Shown: piece by piece, positions 23,501-33,840 of the stretch
How positions within the stretch are numbered: the first letter of the stretch is position 1
Layout: each line of letters starts with the position of its first letter
From: Flectonema sp. DT1601
Taxonomy: Eukaryota
Direction: 5' to 3'
Length of the DNA stretch: 64,000 bases
Assembly (NCBI GenBank): GCA_964019425.1
Contig: OZ025782.1
Span: 1,302,001 to 1,366,000 of the forward strand
Position numbers and translations under genes: made by a program
The notes under the pieces: model-generated
Seen by the model: only the letters and a program-made list of their open reading frames with translations
What the model was told of the DNA's origin: nothing
Database searches by the model: none

Positions 23501-26500
23501 GTCTCAAATGATTGTTGCAACGATTTGATTGAATCGTGTGCCGCAATTATGATATCACGATGTCGATTGATCAACTCTTTTGAACAGAAAATGTCAAACT
23601 TTGACAACAAACCGACCACACCCATAGAGCTTAAAATCACCGTAACAGTTGACAAGTTAACCACACACATATCAGTGGTGTCAATGTTTTTTTTATTAAC
23701 AGTCGAATGTGAGATCACCATTCTACTTTTTTCTATTGAAAGATTTCCAACTAAATCATTGGTAGAAGATGTGGAATCGCAATACCATTTTAAGTTAATT
23801 AATTCATTCTTTGAAATATATTTTTCAATATCATTTTTTTCAATCATCCCAGTTGACAGGAGAGAAGCAATTATAACCTCTACCACTCCAATGTCTTCAG
23901 TTTGCTTTATCAAAGATTTAGTAAACGAGACTATTTCTGATGAGCTTCCCAATGATTTCAAAGCAATAATAGCTTTTGGTATAACAGATTTTAAATTGTT
24001 AATAATATGGGGATCTTTGTTGGCGACAGTGAGTAGCATTATTTTTTTAAAATCACCAAATGAAAGTTCTTCCAAAGTAGAGATTACACTCTTCAACAAC
24101 AAATCAACAAAACAAGAACCCTTTTCAACATCAGTAAGAATATCATTACCACACAAACCACTGAGCAGCTTCACTGAGACGTTCACCACCGAAGGTATTA
24201 TTTTAGTTAAGATATTGTTTGGTAATTGTTGAATCGAGTTTTCCAGAGCTGTTGTTTCCGCAGTTAAATTCCCATCCCCAGTGTAACCCAGGGTATCGAA
24301 CTTGATACCGAATGTTAATAGAACGGAGACGCAATCATCAAATAATTTGTCTCCGTTTTCAATTTTTGAATAATTCAATAAGAGAATGAGGTGTGCTAGT
24401 GTACACCATTGTATGTCACCAGAAGTACTACTACTGTCTGATATTGGATATAAAAAGTTAAAGTGATCAGGTCCTATAACTGAGAGGTAATGTGAGAGGC
24501 TGTTTGATGAAAGTTTTTCAACTACTGAGGATGGTGATATGCCTTCTGCCACAGACTGTTGTTCAAAACGAAGAACGTCTCCAAGAGCACAGTCGTATCC
24601 TCCCAACAACGCTGCAGCTGCTATACTACTGCCGTGTCTGCATAGCTGTTGGGTGAGAGTTTGTCGGTGATCTGGATTTTTAAAAATTTTCCAAATCGCA
24701 GTTGTCACCGCCGGAGTGGCAGACGTGTCCTCCAACTGCGTTGCGACTGCTTCGCACTCCGCAGGACTGAGATGGGCGCCGATTGACAATAAGAATATGA
24801 CAACTTCTTTACGATCTGTCTGTTGAGACTCAGAACCAAAATCTAACTGACCATCAGGTATCGATGATATCAAAGACAAGAACAGCGGAGAGCAAAACGA
24901 CGTCACTACTTCACTTGAAAACTCTTCCGACAAACGAGGAGGAGATGCACAACGCGATCTAAAATCGACAGACTCAACCGCGTCTTTCAATTGAGGGCTT
25001 TCACTGTTGACTAATTGAGGCATACTTCCACTCATTGATTTCATACTTGAAGAGTTGGTAACTTGATCTGTGATTTGACTCACGCCGAGGTCTTGAAAAT
25101 ACAACGGCATGGATCTATTCTGTACAACTATCTCTTTGTTTACTGGGATTCTTAAACCCTGAGTGAGTACCTTTACTGAGTTTAAAATGCTGTATTGGAT
25201 GGCATATTTTAAAAGGAGTTGACTCGTGTCGTTACTTGATTCTGTGTTAGTATCAATGCAATCTCTAAGGATGTCAACATTACTTCGAAGTAGAAGGCTA
25301 TGAATTATACTGTCGGGTACTCTTGTTCTGGATGACAACGCACATGTTAAGGGGCTTTCACCAAACACATTAGCTACAGATGAATCCGCATTTTTTGATA
25401 GCAACAACTCAACCAGAATGTCACTATGAGCTGCTACGGCTGCGTGTAATGGAGTTGATTGCTGTGGTCCAGGAAAGTCGACATCTGCACCTTTCTCAAT
25501 AAGAAGGCTTGCAACAGAACTATTTCCAGAGCAAACAGCAGTATAAAGAAGTGTTTGATTGAAATAACAAATAGAATCTATCACAATATCACCACCGATA
25601 TTAGTTTCTTCAAGAAATTTCTCAACAGCTTCCGGATCTGACACTCCAATTAAAGAAACAAATGCCGTAAAATAGGCATCGTAAGTGTTTTCATTAAAAT
25701 TACCATTCGAGTTAGGGGAATTGGAATCGCCCTTACTAGCCTTACCTTTATTAAATAATGTCGTTAAAATAGTGAATTTTTCTCCAGATGCTGGAGAGCA
25801 AGCAACACTACCGAGGGTTTTGTTATCTGTTTTTACCGTTGCTAATAAACTGTTAATATTCCGAGGTGATCCATCAGAGATATAATTGTAGAGTCGTGAA
25901 ACAATAGCATGCTGTGCGTACTCTTGTGATGTCGATATGAAATCTACTTCTTGTCCAATTGATGTTCGTTTCCCTGATGATGATGTTCGGGATACTCTTT
26001 GTCCAGATTGCTGAGTAACTTGTAGCTGCCTTAACATGTCTATTACAATATTGTTTCCATATTGCAATGCCATAGCCAATGCCTCAGATCTATCTTGATC
26101 AAAAGTAATGGTTGATGAACATAGCATATTTAGTATTGTTAAATCATTCTTCTTAATCGCTTTTAGCATCACCGAGTCCATCGCAATAGTTTTATTTGAT
26201 CGTTCAAGACAGGTTACTATGAGGTTAACTATTTTACTATTTCCACTTGTTGTCGCAGTCTCTATAAGGACTTGAATACCCGCAACTGTATTGTTTTTTA
26301 AGAATCGAGTAACAATTCGAAATACAGTGTCGGGAGAAGTCTTGTCGAGTAGTAGTTTGAGTGCAGTCGATTTTTTATTCTCATCGGATCGTTGCAACAT
26401 AAGAAAGTTAGACAACACGAGAGACAGGGGTGTTTCAGCAGAGGAATTCTCAACGTCACACGAAGGAGTCCCACGATCTGCTAATAACTTTAGTATGTTC

Positions 26501-26790
26501 GATTCTGGATGAGTAGTCGCATAGTGTAAGGCAGTGTCGCCTGTTGTTGGATGTCTCACACTCCAATCCGCACCTTCATTTAGTAAGAATAATGTTGTAT
26601 TATATGCTCCTTCCTTAGCAGCAATTTGAAGAAGCGTCAGTCCATTCGTAATTTTCATATCGATAGAATGAGTTGCTAGCCATTCTTTAACATCATCAGC
26701 AGTGGTGCTGCTGTCTTCATCACTGATTTGTACATCTCCAGTAAGTCTCTTCATCTTGCTGAGTACACTTCCATCAGTATCGATGTTCAT
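14599..26790 (-). CDS. Giant 4063-aa multidomain protein: ankyrin repeats, degenerate NACHT-like region, pentapeptide repeat, WD40-like propeller, TPR-like repeats, further ankyrin repeats, four SH3b-like domains
   Basis: Uninterrupted 12.2-kb ORF. ANK motifs (GLTLLQIAAKEG, GDTALHYA, STPLHAAV, GRTPLQYAALNG). Pentapeptide run ANLTDATIIGASFRNCVFLNCEFKNCTF (~22500-22620). WD-like segments VDIWE, IEVWE, LKIWH. TPR-like AIAMDVNNSDAYLELAN. SH3b-like LVVRSGPS...ATIEIGATITV...WY, and GWV/GWA/GWI ends. Confidence 0.85.
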   Translation of the reverse strand: MNIDTDGSVLSKMKRLTGDVQISDEDSSTTADDVKEWLATHSIDMKITNGLTLLQIAAKEGAYNTTLFLLNEGADWSVRHPTTGDTALHYATTHPESNILKLLADRGTPSCDVENSSAETPLSLVLSNFLMLQRSDENKKSTALKLLLDKTSPDTVFRIVTRFLKNNTVAGIQVLIETATTSGNSKIVNLIVTCLERSNKTIAMDSVMLKAIKKNDLTILNMLCSSTITFDQDRSEALAMALQYGNNIVIDMLRQLQVTQQSGQRVSRTSSSGKRTSIGQEVDFISTSQEYAQHAIVSRLYNYISDGSPRNINSLLATVKTDNKTLGSVACSPASGEKFTILTTLFNKGKASKGDSNSPNSNGNFNENTYDAYFTAFVSLIGVSDPEAVEKFLEETNIGGDIVIDSICYFNQTLLYTAVCSGNSSVASLLIEKGADVDFPGPQQSTPLHAAVAAHSDILVELLLSKNADSSVANVFGESPLTCALSSRTRVPDSIIHSLLLRSNVDILRDCIDTNTESSNDTSQLLLKYAIQYSILNSVKVLTQGLRIPVNKEIVVQNRSMPLYFQDLGVSQITDQVTNSSSMKSMSGSMPQLVNSESPQLKDAVESVDFRSRCASPPRLSEEFSSEVVTSFCSPLFLSLISSIPDGQLDFGSESQQTDRKEVVIFLLSIGAHLSPAECEAVATQLEDTSATPAVTTAIWKIFKNPDHRQTLTQQLCRHGSSIAAAALLGGYDCALGDVLRFEQQSVAEGISPSSVVEKLSSNSLSHYLSVIGPDHFNFLYPISDSSSTSGDIQWCTLAHLILLLNYSKIENGDKLFDDCVSVLLTFGIKFDTLGYTGDGNLTAETTALENSIQQLPNNILTKIIPSVVNVSVKLLSGLCGNDILTDVEKGSCFVDLLLKSVISTLEELSFGDFKKIMLLTVANKDPHIINNLKSVIPKAIIALKSLGSSSEIVSFTKSLIKQTEDIGVVEVIIASLLSTGMIEKNDIEKYISKNELINLKWYCDSTSSTNDLVGNLSIEKSRMVISHSTVNKKNIDTTDMCVVNLSTVTVILSSMGVVGLLSKFDIFCSKELINRHRDIIIAAHDSIKSLQQSFETVALEERDAFNNWIQKSSTDLLIVSSSTASSNSCLGILAAVSSVPDTILFEISLHGINNNNNFCLSTELFKDFDDPMRIGTDIALRFGKGNIFIVLSGGGDSIAISSLIKQLKTNPKSILEKNCRFIWYSDDLISIDSSAATTIVCRGDPEEDLCGGNSNELLATALQLSYFNCLKSDENYSKATLSQLVMTRNNIPTFRNNKKRLNLVASHIVDSAVCDDSDFPPEVLLHNPSSILLQECIEMASTRLISPSYYENLSSSLTSVELCNKSRGGILSLLCASEFSLDRFVLNNLTFELANLTDATIIGASFRNCVFLNCEFKNCTFACCDITSAVFLPLSLGTGRPVFLNCENLSVAPAINPCHGVSRESLMQPNSELVEKNDDSGNRTYAVLTPDKRLVCVSGEKGVDIWEIESGRKWVSIPTAGTVDEVLSHDLGGNGTGHTSIILSTSGNIEVWELASRANQVHTKNHEEITKHNSIPCMAILNGVLYYSESGNINKLKIRSNGKLLAIRGISSIKTCHTSGEDGRIVQMCASPVTNSIVTLGEDGVVTVLDTVAFQSLLLEPKLTTKPFSTRRIAVTGCFILIAHNCNLKIWHHEINRSSLTLVDHEKYCSQITELSAASIGTQYVVSMNNGCVSLTDYSCGRRVPLVAIPMSGVGRSISVFETGELMLICTPSDIQIKTLPHGILKSSVSRNGIAGNSFSEISGTSLHKTENLLSTEAYLKAATLGYSHAAYKLLAKSTLSHNECTKLVESLPTTSQKRVAKGKLRKKEAEAKRCFELAIEIDPEKICSSARIELGKLLQSRTVEQRRLFREAIAMDVNNSDAYLELANSLGPKETTELPNCTERFKRIDLIRIAIARNPLDPKPYFELAVMMGTKSSITLFSKLFINDRLTQKVTKQDLLNQVLELDINLELYLVLEERGIEDDVLLPQYRNAYLTMLEEDFKESCKEGIRTEDIDSVREVMIKQANRYHKHPDRYTSYFDNIKQHFEDALTLAKRRPLSISNAHYSIAFYILGYLSDADRVTAVSELSEFVEAFSTNILFGTYGHSAVTLIEHYHPHIETVQNGRTPLQYAALNGWYQVCKILLGTPGYIEYERTAGDASALFYAVVGLKDHSATELDFTATIAVLCSSSVIPLRYIKESSEACLDDPLTSGSHTLLYFLLTSSCDEAVQQLLKRGSDPGTEVSSRDGKTEPLLAAALRDRHTRALENQQITPLSGSTAMCLLESAVKKSNLDLCTLVSTNFKNLLQNFQVPDGISSPVETALRERKPAPLCLFLVQELSELVPSPNVALSLAVAYFEDCVDGNKLCQDYRSLVREIHTHNKVILGDAEATVLLCRIVVEYAKQHDKLFIPMTVALGVREVQVVWELQCDLTTASFRTWMAEEVLSDIGEEISNECYKITSKEWGDINFALSFFAAFHSTDPPQDKYLKTESYRKFISRLSMDSSYPKLLFGSTRINAQYLRDTAMVNLDSFLFSVDGYRTLLISSIHNQEWDKFQYLLQEVDCNVLTADGGALSALYCQAGKCCETTYQNMVNLIVGKCNRIVLDDLNTRYPDIQGKVEYSNLCNTIIKQGNLSMLEALVIDYNMDPRLDDESLDCNLFLIGWKEHVSQSETIDDSVVRPPPTRLKAILWLFAHQMQHGIKPHETVMSIVSDLQAEYLGDYQDWFGSSIQHVLKIFAMCGNTAVVMHLLPSYMGDKNWLSRKLFNIAVENKAIGTSLFLLSVLDNKNAGEAVQLYTSDHLDELREHFNNDTETSINNPAAVNKTLLQLAIENTNTPLASTCIQLGATATVAITQLAISKKMLIEGKQLLSLIQKDIIDGYEMEMLSNSTNTLLVTLCCANQELSAPHQSQKVISDILAAMISQVLQCTVWQRQFKQLVEELQLLANQLGRSCSGRHLTEFDKLPPRPPGVAAYISREQCVELRQLRTLKDDYDPAFRAMYSKISDKITAMLDHDAYEDWAPPLISTGWEDSIEMLHACVISAEIFESVHSNDSIVESIRYRLTEFKKRLPKSISISNILSTGYTELLASLDPVPVGVICQAISIDDLAVYSEFITDSEGVSSGRPTHFIKIIKAQTSMLVLDTSNENFIKVVQDGVTGWVSRSAVNEIPLHVYDKTVMRVQVILSEISPPIPIHSCFEQTIKKGAITYNYVLILQPILRRGDSPKDRVINQCSKQIRELINKKWIETEGAGNIFICGIGTGQTGGNAYCSAEVSRLQSENAKHQVDSELYTKISVALRQLIYIERLCNSVTVGNSEEGKEVTVDGDVHLKLLGIKNKATEHYKSLHSEMYKQTERLLTAPDHNGVVCAKPLQIPPRASIRDNTLEVDTVIYSLTSQLVVRSGPSRVHPHLATIEIGATITVVQDYSFTGGRGSSEEHWYYILSSNPKAKLSDTNVNQIGQTKKGHVEGFILFNELKSLFAPQQDTETQQHQTEASNTPTSTLSLSDGLLGEQFMQAPPGITHQVIFLRETPLFISETSDRVIPCVGKQWAPALVLRDIEGCSRVSVLSHYKSPVKYQGWANRSDIRVLRLPFVDDFCRQILRKLDESRTQNLLLENFVIHSAFKLHNNKICFIVMPNFRQKGDQVTHMYPKINKGWEKVIEGEAVEVRTYHENEHRISEAFEKAGLSSRRENENSGSSIENVKHRLSTYAEGLSEVVNMVRGCCPLDPTGALEAVHKLVTDLEEFPSPEVDLLEQDDGLGRVCYDPMGMEPTRNIDTPGVALVPLQLLQATPIYDRPSNVTFPRGVLPEHTTVYLQERKSYLSNADNLEELWGFVRTIALPQTQRLNQSDNINNNKVSGWIDLAKIADSAVKDQVRDNESRLLNKKLLVAATDRRTNPQGGQQGQGANSAKSTRQQLASTSEIPIAVEPAAVEGNEYMHPASHQIVAGNVVDYHKQQQLTHHSLPKSPSKHLKQQHPVQQMMLDDNSPDQHNDVDSRRNFFGTSIRNLKNGQPAPNSRK

Positions 26791-27734
26791 AATGTGCTTG
26801 TGCTCTGATTAGGTAGGAATTATATGTGATTTCAAACATTTGTTTTAAAAAAAAGAACCAATTCACTTCTAACGGTCAACAGAGAAAGATCGACTGACGT
26901 AATTGGACAGTAACAATGAAACTCTTCTCCAATAATAAATGTAATGTTAGCAAAAAGGCAGTGTACTCAAACAAATATTTTTTTTACAAATTAGTAAGAA
27001 AACAGCTTTCAATAGTCTTCGGAGCTACTGTCATTTTTTTCTGTGTCAAAGTCACTTGCTCATTGTTAGACTCTATAGGTGAGAGGATTACTAGCACACT
27101 ACTCTTGTCGTCAGTGGATCACATCATCTTCCTTGTCTGTAAAAAAGAGATATAATAAACCAAAACTACCAAGTCACACCTACTGGACCCATTACGATAT
27201 TAAGAAAACATTTGGTTAGACGGTGGGTAGGTTACATGATTGTTTCTTAAAAAGACGAATTAGGAGTGAAGATGATCTCAAAAAAGGTAAACCTGAACGA
27301 TGTTGTCGCTCCTTTCCTCGTATTTGATTCGTTGTTTGAATTCATTATATTTGGCAAAAACTTTCTATCAGAGTTTCTGACTAGCAAAAAAAAAAAAAAA
27401 AAAAAAAAAAAACGTGAATAAAAAGACAACAAAAAAAGAAAAAACGTTGCTTGTCTACAGCCTCGGGTTTTCTAAGCAACACGTTTGATGTAGTTTGTCT
27501 CGATTGACATGCCCAGAATTCAAATAAGAATTAAATGACGAGGGAAGGGAAAGCAGAAAAAAAAACAGTGTTGACCACCAACAATGACTCACCATCATTG
27601 CGTGCCAACTAACCAATAATGTAAATAGGACAAAATCATTTTTCAAAGGCACTGTAACCAAAGGCTGAAAAACGTTGGTGCGTGATTTTTGATACGTTCA
27701 AAAAAAAAGAAAACAGGTTAGGAAAGCAACAACA

Positions 27735-28964
27735 TTATGCGACCTTCACCTTAGATGGCGGACTGCAGCATTGAATTAAAGAAAATAAAATAAATACAAT
27801 ACATATGATTAATCCCCAGAAGACAATCACAAATGAATTAAAACATGAAAAAGGTGTTGCTGGAAGCAGTACAGTCGGAGAACGAAGAGGAAGTGTCTTC
27901 GTAAGTTGTGGGTTATTACTATCATCAAGAATCGAGAACTTCATCGTTGAATCCTCCCAATTAACAGTCAGATGAAGATAGTTAAAACCAGTGAAAAAAT
28001 CATTTCCACTAACACGGTGATTCCCAAACGATCTCAAAATAGAATCACAAATTAAAGGAGTGAACTGAGTCGCACAAGTATGAGTCATTCCACTGGTAGT
28101 AAATTCATTATATCCCATTTCAGCAAAGTGAACATCCCCAGATAGAAATGTCACAGTATTAGTACCATTGAGTAGTGATAATAAACGTTGTTGAGAAGTT
28201 GAAAAATGACCCCAAGACTCAACTAACGGAATGGATGTATTTACTTGTATTGATGACACAATTATGAATCCATCAAGAGGTTCTTTTAAAATATTTTCAA
28301 ACCACCTCCATTGATCTTCCCCTAAAACATCACCACCATCATTATATCCAATGAGAGCTGCGAATAATCTTGATGATGCAGCAATCAGAGGATGCAGTCT
28401 TACAAAAGGCTGTAGCACTTCTAATGGAAAAGCATCTCTGTGGGTTCTGGTGTCCAATAAGATTACGCCTATTGACTGAGAAGGGTTCTTGGGGTTCGAT
28501 ACTTTGTGTGCGCTGTACACTCCATTTCTCTCTCTTCTCGAAGATGAGTCTGGGAGTTTTAAAAAATCAAGAAACATGTCTTGTAGAATATTATTATCGC
28601 TGATGATTCCTTCATCGTTTGCTCCTCTGTCGTGATCGTCCCATGTGCCGTCAATGTGAGATACGGAGCTTAAGAATTTTTTATATTGAGGATGATTAAC
28701 CTGTCCTTCAAAAGCTTCTTTCAGAGATGTGTTATTGTGATGTTGAACAGGGTATACAGCATCACCAACCCAATAGAATCCTTCAACGTTTTTTTCTAGC
28801 ATCTTATCCCAAAGAGGTTGTTTCACTATGGGTCCTCCTCCCTTAGGAAAAACCCTATTACAACTTCCAAATGCTACAGAACTGCCTGACCATCGACTGT
28901 CCCATTCAGCTACTGGTGAGACTCCAAAAAGAGACACTACTACTAAAGGCAATGCATGCAGCAT
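27735..28964 (-). CDS. PhoD-like alkaline phosphatase D family protein, with signal peptide and C-terminal TM anchor
   Basis: PhoD motifs VAFGSCN, WVGDAVY, TWDDHD, LLDTR, LGEDQWRW, ESW and LSGDVH. Hydrophobic N-terminus and C-terminal VIVFWGLIICIVFILFSLI. Confidence 0.92.
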   Translation of the reverse strand: MLHALPLVVVSLFGVSPVAEWDSRWSGSSVAFGSCNRVFPKGGGPIVKQPLWDKMLEKNVEGFYWVGDAVYPVQHHNNTSLKEAFEGQVNHPQYKKFLSSVSHIDGTWDDHDRGANDEGIISDNNILQDMFLDFLKLPDSSSRRERNGVYSAHKVSNPKNPSQSIGVILLDTRTHRDAFPLEVLQPFVRLHPLIAASSRLFAALIGYNDGGDVLGEDQWRWFENILKEPLDGFIIVSSIQVNTSIPLVESWGHFSTSQQRLLSLLNGTNTVTFLSGDVHFAEMGYNEFTTSGMTHTCATQFTPLICDSILRSFGNHRVSGNDFFTGFNYLHLTVNWEDSTMKFSILDDSNNPQLTKTLPLRSPTVLLPATPFSCFNSFVIVFWGLIICIVFILFSLIQCCSPPSKVKVA

Positions 28965-29846
28965 TGTTGTTGGGATTTATTTTTTTTGAAAGTCCTGTAG
29001 TTTTTAGATAGGTCTAATGTAGTAGCGATTAAATGACCAAATCGGTATCCCTTACCCAGCCCTCTTCAATGAAACTTATCTTCCCCATGCAATATCGATT
29101 GTCATTAACCTATTTTTTAGAATAAAAAAAAAATAAAAAATAAAAATTAACAAAATGATACTTCAACACCAATGTAAGGGAGACATTTCAGAAATAAACA
29201 CAACAGCTATCAATCGGAAAGGATGAAAGGATAGTAGAAAGAAGGGCCCTTCCTGTTTGTGATAAGGCGTATACAAGTAGTACAGACTACCAGTATAGAA
29301 AACTATAGAGAAAGCTTATGATTTATTCATTTCCTTTTTTTGACTCCTTTGCAGTGCAAAAGACTACCAAAAAAAAACACGATTTTTTATTCAAATATTG
29401 AGAAACGAAAATGGAAAAAAAAAAAAGAAGACATCGAGCTCTCTGCATGCCTGTAGCCATAAATAGGTTAGAGAAGGGTTGGCGATACAATAAAAGAGAG
29501 GACGAATATAAAAATGTAACTTGTCATAAAAGTAAACAAGGGAACGAGATATCAACTCCAACAAGAATCCCATAAAATTATAAATACAAAATAAGTTCAA
29601 TCAAAAATATAATTAAAATTTAATCGGAATAGGGCTTTTGAAGGCCTCTCAGGTCGGAACTTTTCCGTCTCCCTCTACAGGTTCCTGCTAGTCATAGAAT
29701 AGTTTAAATAAATAAGAATATGAAGGGGAACGAGTCCTTCGGAGATAGACGTCAGAAATCATAAAAATAAAAATGAAAAGGTCAATCAAACAAGTGCAAG
29801 TAAGTTTTGTATACGAGGTTTATAAAAGTATCTCGCGAGGCAAACT

Positions 29847-32613
29847 CTACCGTTCCAAAGCCGCCAAGACCTCCTCTTCAGTCACAAGTTCAGATCGCGG
29901 AGGCGGCTGTAATTGGGTTGTGAAGTCAAGCTTCTGCCCAGGCTTGAAAGAAACATTTACTTCCCACCCATCTAAGATAGAAGCCTCCTGATACAAACCA
30001 TCCTCCCACTGAATGTATATAACTCCATCTTTTGAATTACACTTGTTTGTTCCAATCCACAGTTGATCTTTAGGTCCGTTATCATGAAACAGTTCTCGTT
30101 CGCAGTCGATTGATGGAAGAAATATCTGAAAGGACTTGTCTGCTATCTTTGTTAGAGTCGCGTGGTGTTTCTCAATGTGATTAACACGACCATCAACCTT
30201 GTTTTGTTCATAAAGAGATTGAAGGTACAAACAGTAGTATAGTTCAGTAGATCCTCTAGAGCAGTTTCTTGCTAAATCTTTCTTTTCATTGCAATGAATA
30301 GCGATATCTGCTACATCTGACTCGTGCATTAGTAGCTCACCACTTGGGAGGTCTTTAGGGGAGATGGAAATCTTGTCTTCAGCTACTCCTTCACGAAGAG
30401 CTCTGTTTACCATCGACTCAATCTCTAAGGCACACTTCAACACACGATGAACTACCAAGTCAGCATATCTTCTAATAGGACTCGTAAAGTGAGTGTACAG
30501 AGGTAAATTCAAAGCAAAATGACTCAGAGCGTGATCAGCAGCTTCAGTTGTACAACAATACTTCGCGAGCTTCATACATCTGATGGTGAGAGCTTTGATG
30601 GTGGCGGCTTCCTTGTGACCCCGCAGGCGTTCGAGGGAATCAGCGAGTAGTTTTCCAGAAGAAGTGCCCAAAGCATGACCTCCTCTTTCTAATGCGGTAG
30701 CCAGAGTCTTAAAGCGAGAGGCATCCGGAGATTCGTGCCAACGTGCAAGAGCGTTATCAGGGCAGAACTCGATAGTCTTTTCAGTTACTCGAGCATTTGC
30801 CATGACCATGAATTCCTCAACCAGCCAGTTCGCTTCTGCAGTCTCGTGGAGATGCCATCCTCTTGGCGCCATGTTCGAGTTGTTGTCTTCGAAGTCGAAG
30901 TACATTCTCGGCTGATTCATAGACAAGGCACCTCTATCAAAACGAGCTTGTCTGATGTTTGAAGCAATAGTCCAGAGACCATGAACTGCGTCTTTTATAT
31001 TTTGAATTGCCCAGTTGTGACGACGAGGAGGAATGTGCGACAAATCCAAACAACTTGGATTAAATTTGTCATCAATGATGTCCTGCGCATCTTCGTACGC
31101 CATCTTACACTGATTTCTGATAACAGTTTGTCCCATCCACTCCTTTAAGATTCTACCACGTGAATCCATTGTCCACTCAACAGTAAAGGCAAGCTTATCA
31201 CCGAGAGTGTTTAATGAGCAATGTTCTTCACAGAGTTTACGAGGAAGCATCGGAATAACTTTCTGAACTAAATAAACAGATGTCGCTCTCTTACGAGCTT
31301 CTTCATCGAGTGCCGAACCAAACGGAACAAACGCAGACACGTCAGCAATGTGAACACCTACTCGGTAGTTACCTCCTCCGAGTGGTTCACATGATAGGGC
31401 GTCGTCTAAGTCACGTGCTGTCGCAGGATCGATAGAGACAACGAATCTCTCGTGTTTGGAACCGATTCTCATATCTCTTCTGTTTTTATCTTCACTAAGG
31501 ATCTTATCAATCGGAATCTTGTTGGGAATCTGAGAGATACATTCCTCTGAGAACTCATCAGTGTAGTCTACACCATGTTCCATTAATATAGCTCTCGACT
31601 GGTCTTCTACTTGAGTAGCACTACCTAGGATTCTTATAACTTCCGCTTGAGGAAAAGTTTTATTTGAATACCATCCTTTGATCTTTAAGTAAACTAAATA
31701 CGACTCAGGATCATCTCTTACGGTGCTGGGAAGAGAATCAGCAGCAACTTCCAGATGAGGGAATCTGAGTTGATTGTTTTTTTAAATATCACATTACATG
31801 ATACCGAGTAAGATAGAATAGAAAACATACCTTTCATCATACGAAACGAATCTCATGATTCTCTTACCCTTTGCGCCTTGGATAGCTTTAGCTGAATGGT
31901 TGATCTTGTGAAGGGATTTCCTGTTTTTTTTTTTTTTTTTTATTGTTAGTGGATCAGAATTAAAATAAGGAATTAGGAAAAACAAATACGATAACCATAC
32001 CAAATGTGAACAACTGTCCCTGTTACCATAACATTGTCTGGCAAGTCGGGTTTTGGGGCATCCTCAAGGGGGTCAATTTCGGGTCTGTTGGGGTGTTTTA
32101 GTTATTGGGTATTTGAAAACAACAACAACTCTATTATAAGAATGCATACTTTTTGAGACGTTGAATCTTCTGTAGAGCACGACAGACAACACGTTCGTTG
32201 TCAGGAAGACGAGATCTTTCGTTGATAGGTTTCTTTAAATCATCTTCTCTACTAACGATTACGACGCCGTCTACTTTCGGAGCGATTCCAGTTGGTTTGA
32301 TTCCCAAACCAGTTTTTGGTTTCCATTTGTCAGATGAGTTGATTTCGACTATCACAATATCTCCCTCTAAAGCTCTATTACGATCCAGCTTTCCCTCAAT
32401 ACACACGTCAATGTTATTCCATGAAGGATTTCTTACAAAGGAGAGATTGCTTCCAAATTTCTTATTCATATTCATCACACCCCTGACATATTTACCGCTC
32501 ATGACCCCATCAATTACTTCTTCCTTACTTATGTAATCCGGATAGCTTGGCGGCATAGCTCCTGGTTTTAATACGAAGGTACTTGCAGGCTTTTTATTAT
32601 TCCTTTGAGACAT
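29847..32613 (-). CDS. DIS3L2: DIS3-like exonuclease 2 (RNase II/RNB family), short paralogue (~851 aa); exons 32613-32150, 32084-32001, 31920-31831, 31764-29847
   Basis: Cold-shock domain motif DRNRALEGDIVIVE, catalytic SIDPATARDLDDAL, VHIADV, RATSVYL, and YTHFTSPIRRYADLVVHR; no PIN domain. Three GT-AG introns join the exons to 2556 nt in frame. Confidence 0.88.
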
Positions 32614-33248
32614 GGTAGTGATTAGGATTTGTGTGTGTGTTTTGTTGTTTTGTTTTTTGAAAAAAATCTGAAAAGGGATAAAATAAAATAAAATCACATT
32701 ACATAATACACGTAATCGATACCGACCTGGGACTAAATACTATCAATTTGACTGAACTGAAATCTCTTTTTTTTTTTTTTTTAAAATAATCTTTTTTTTT
32801 TTTCTTCTTGATTCCATTTTCTATTATGTTATTTAAAGGGGATGCACGTAATTTCATGACACGGTGAAGTGGAGGGAGTAGGTACTGTTAAATCGGTATT
32901 CTTCAGATTACTATTTTTTTTTTTTTTTTTTTTTTAAATTCTCACTTATCTTTTTTTTTTTTTTTTTTTTTCTCTTTCCATTTATAAATTTTTCGTTATT
33001 TAAATTTTTTCTTTTCTTTTTTCCTCGTATTAGGGTTGGTTAGTTTAAGAGCGAGCTCCGTGCGACATCTTTTCGACGACTTTCAAAAAAAAAAAAAAAA
33101 ATTATTAAATTTATAAGAGAAAAAGAAGAAAAATATCACAGGCGCTGGGCCAAACGGGTCTTTTTTTTTTTTTTTTTTTAAGATTTTTTTTTTCAGAACA
33201 CTCCACAACAAGGAACAGATAACTTGGCAAGTCACTCATACTGCTATG

Positions 33249-33407
33249 TTACTCACTTGCAGCTATAATTGAGTTAAAGAGCATGGGCTGCTTTATTCTT
33301 TTTTTGTTTTTTTGTTTTTTGATACAGACCTTACTGAAGGCTACAAAGGCTTTTCCAATTGCACCTAAAAGAATGCCACGATAGGTTAGAAGAGGTGGCA
33401 TTTTCAT
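33249..33407 (-). CDS. Tentative spliced micro-ORF (38 aa, MKMPPLLTYRGILLGAIGKAFVAFSK|PMLFNSIIAASE)
   Basis: A 42-nt GT...A-rich...CAG segment (33288-33329) matches the local intron style. There is no homology or selection evidence. Confidence 0.2.
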   Translation of the reverse strand: MKMPPLLTYRGILLGAIGKAFVAFSKVCIKKQKNKKRIKQPMLFNSIIAASE

Positions 33408-33840
33408 TTTCTGCTGGGTAGTAAGCAGCTTATGAAAGCAGAATTGGTCTTCAAAAAAAGAAATAATAAGATCAATCAGATACACCTGTTCATTCTGAGT
33501 GCACTACAAAACATGAAAAATCACAGTATAACTTTGTGATTGAAAAGATGAATAGCTGGGAAGGGGGGGAGAGCCGCGACCGTGATACTAAAGCAACAGG
33601 CAAACAAAAAAAACGAATTATCGGGATCGGGGGGGAAGGTTAATTCCAACTCTCTGAAATTCAATAAAAGAGAGAACACTAATAGTATATAACAATATCC
33701 GTACCTACCCGAAGCACAGGTTGCTTAGTATTAATGGTAAACTACAAACCGGTGATTTCACTTTCAGGAACAAGCCTCACAAAGTTGGAAAAAAAAAAGT
33801 GACGAGGGAATCCAATTCCTGATTAAGAATAAGTCTCTTT

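Noticed and set aside
22313..24232. Plus-strand ORFs of 100-235 aa
   Set aside because: They are antisense to the 4063-aa CDS and show no recognisable motifs.
29029..29108. ~15-bp imperfect inverted repeat upstream of the PhoD gene (MITE-like)
   Set aside because: It is single copy in the window with no clear TSD and an unpaired interior, so support is insufficient.
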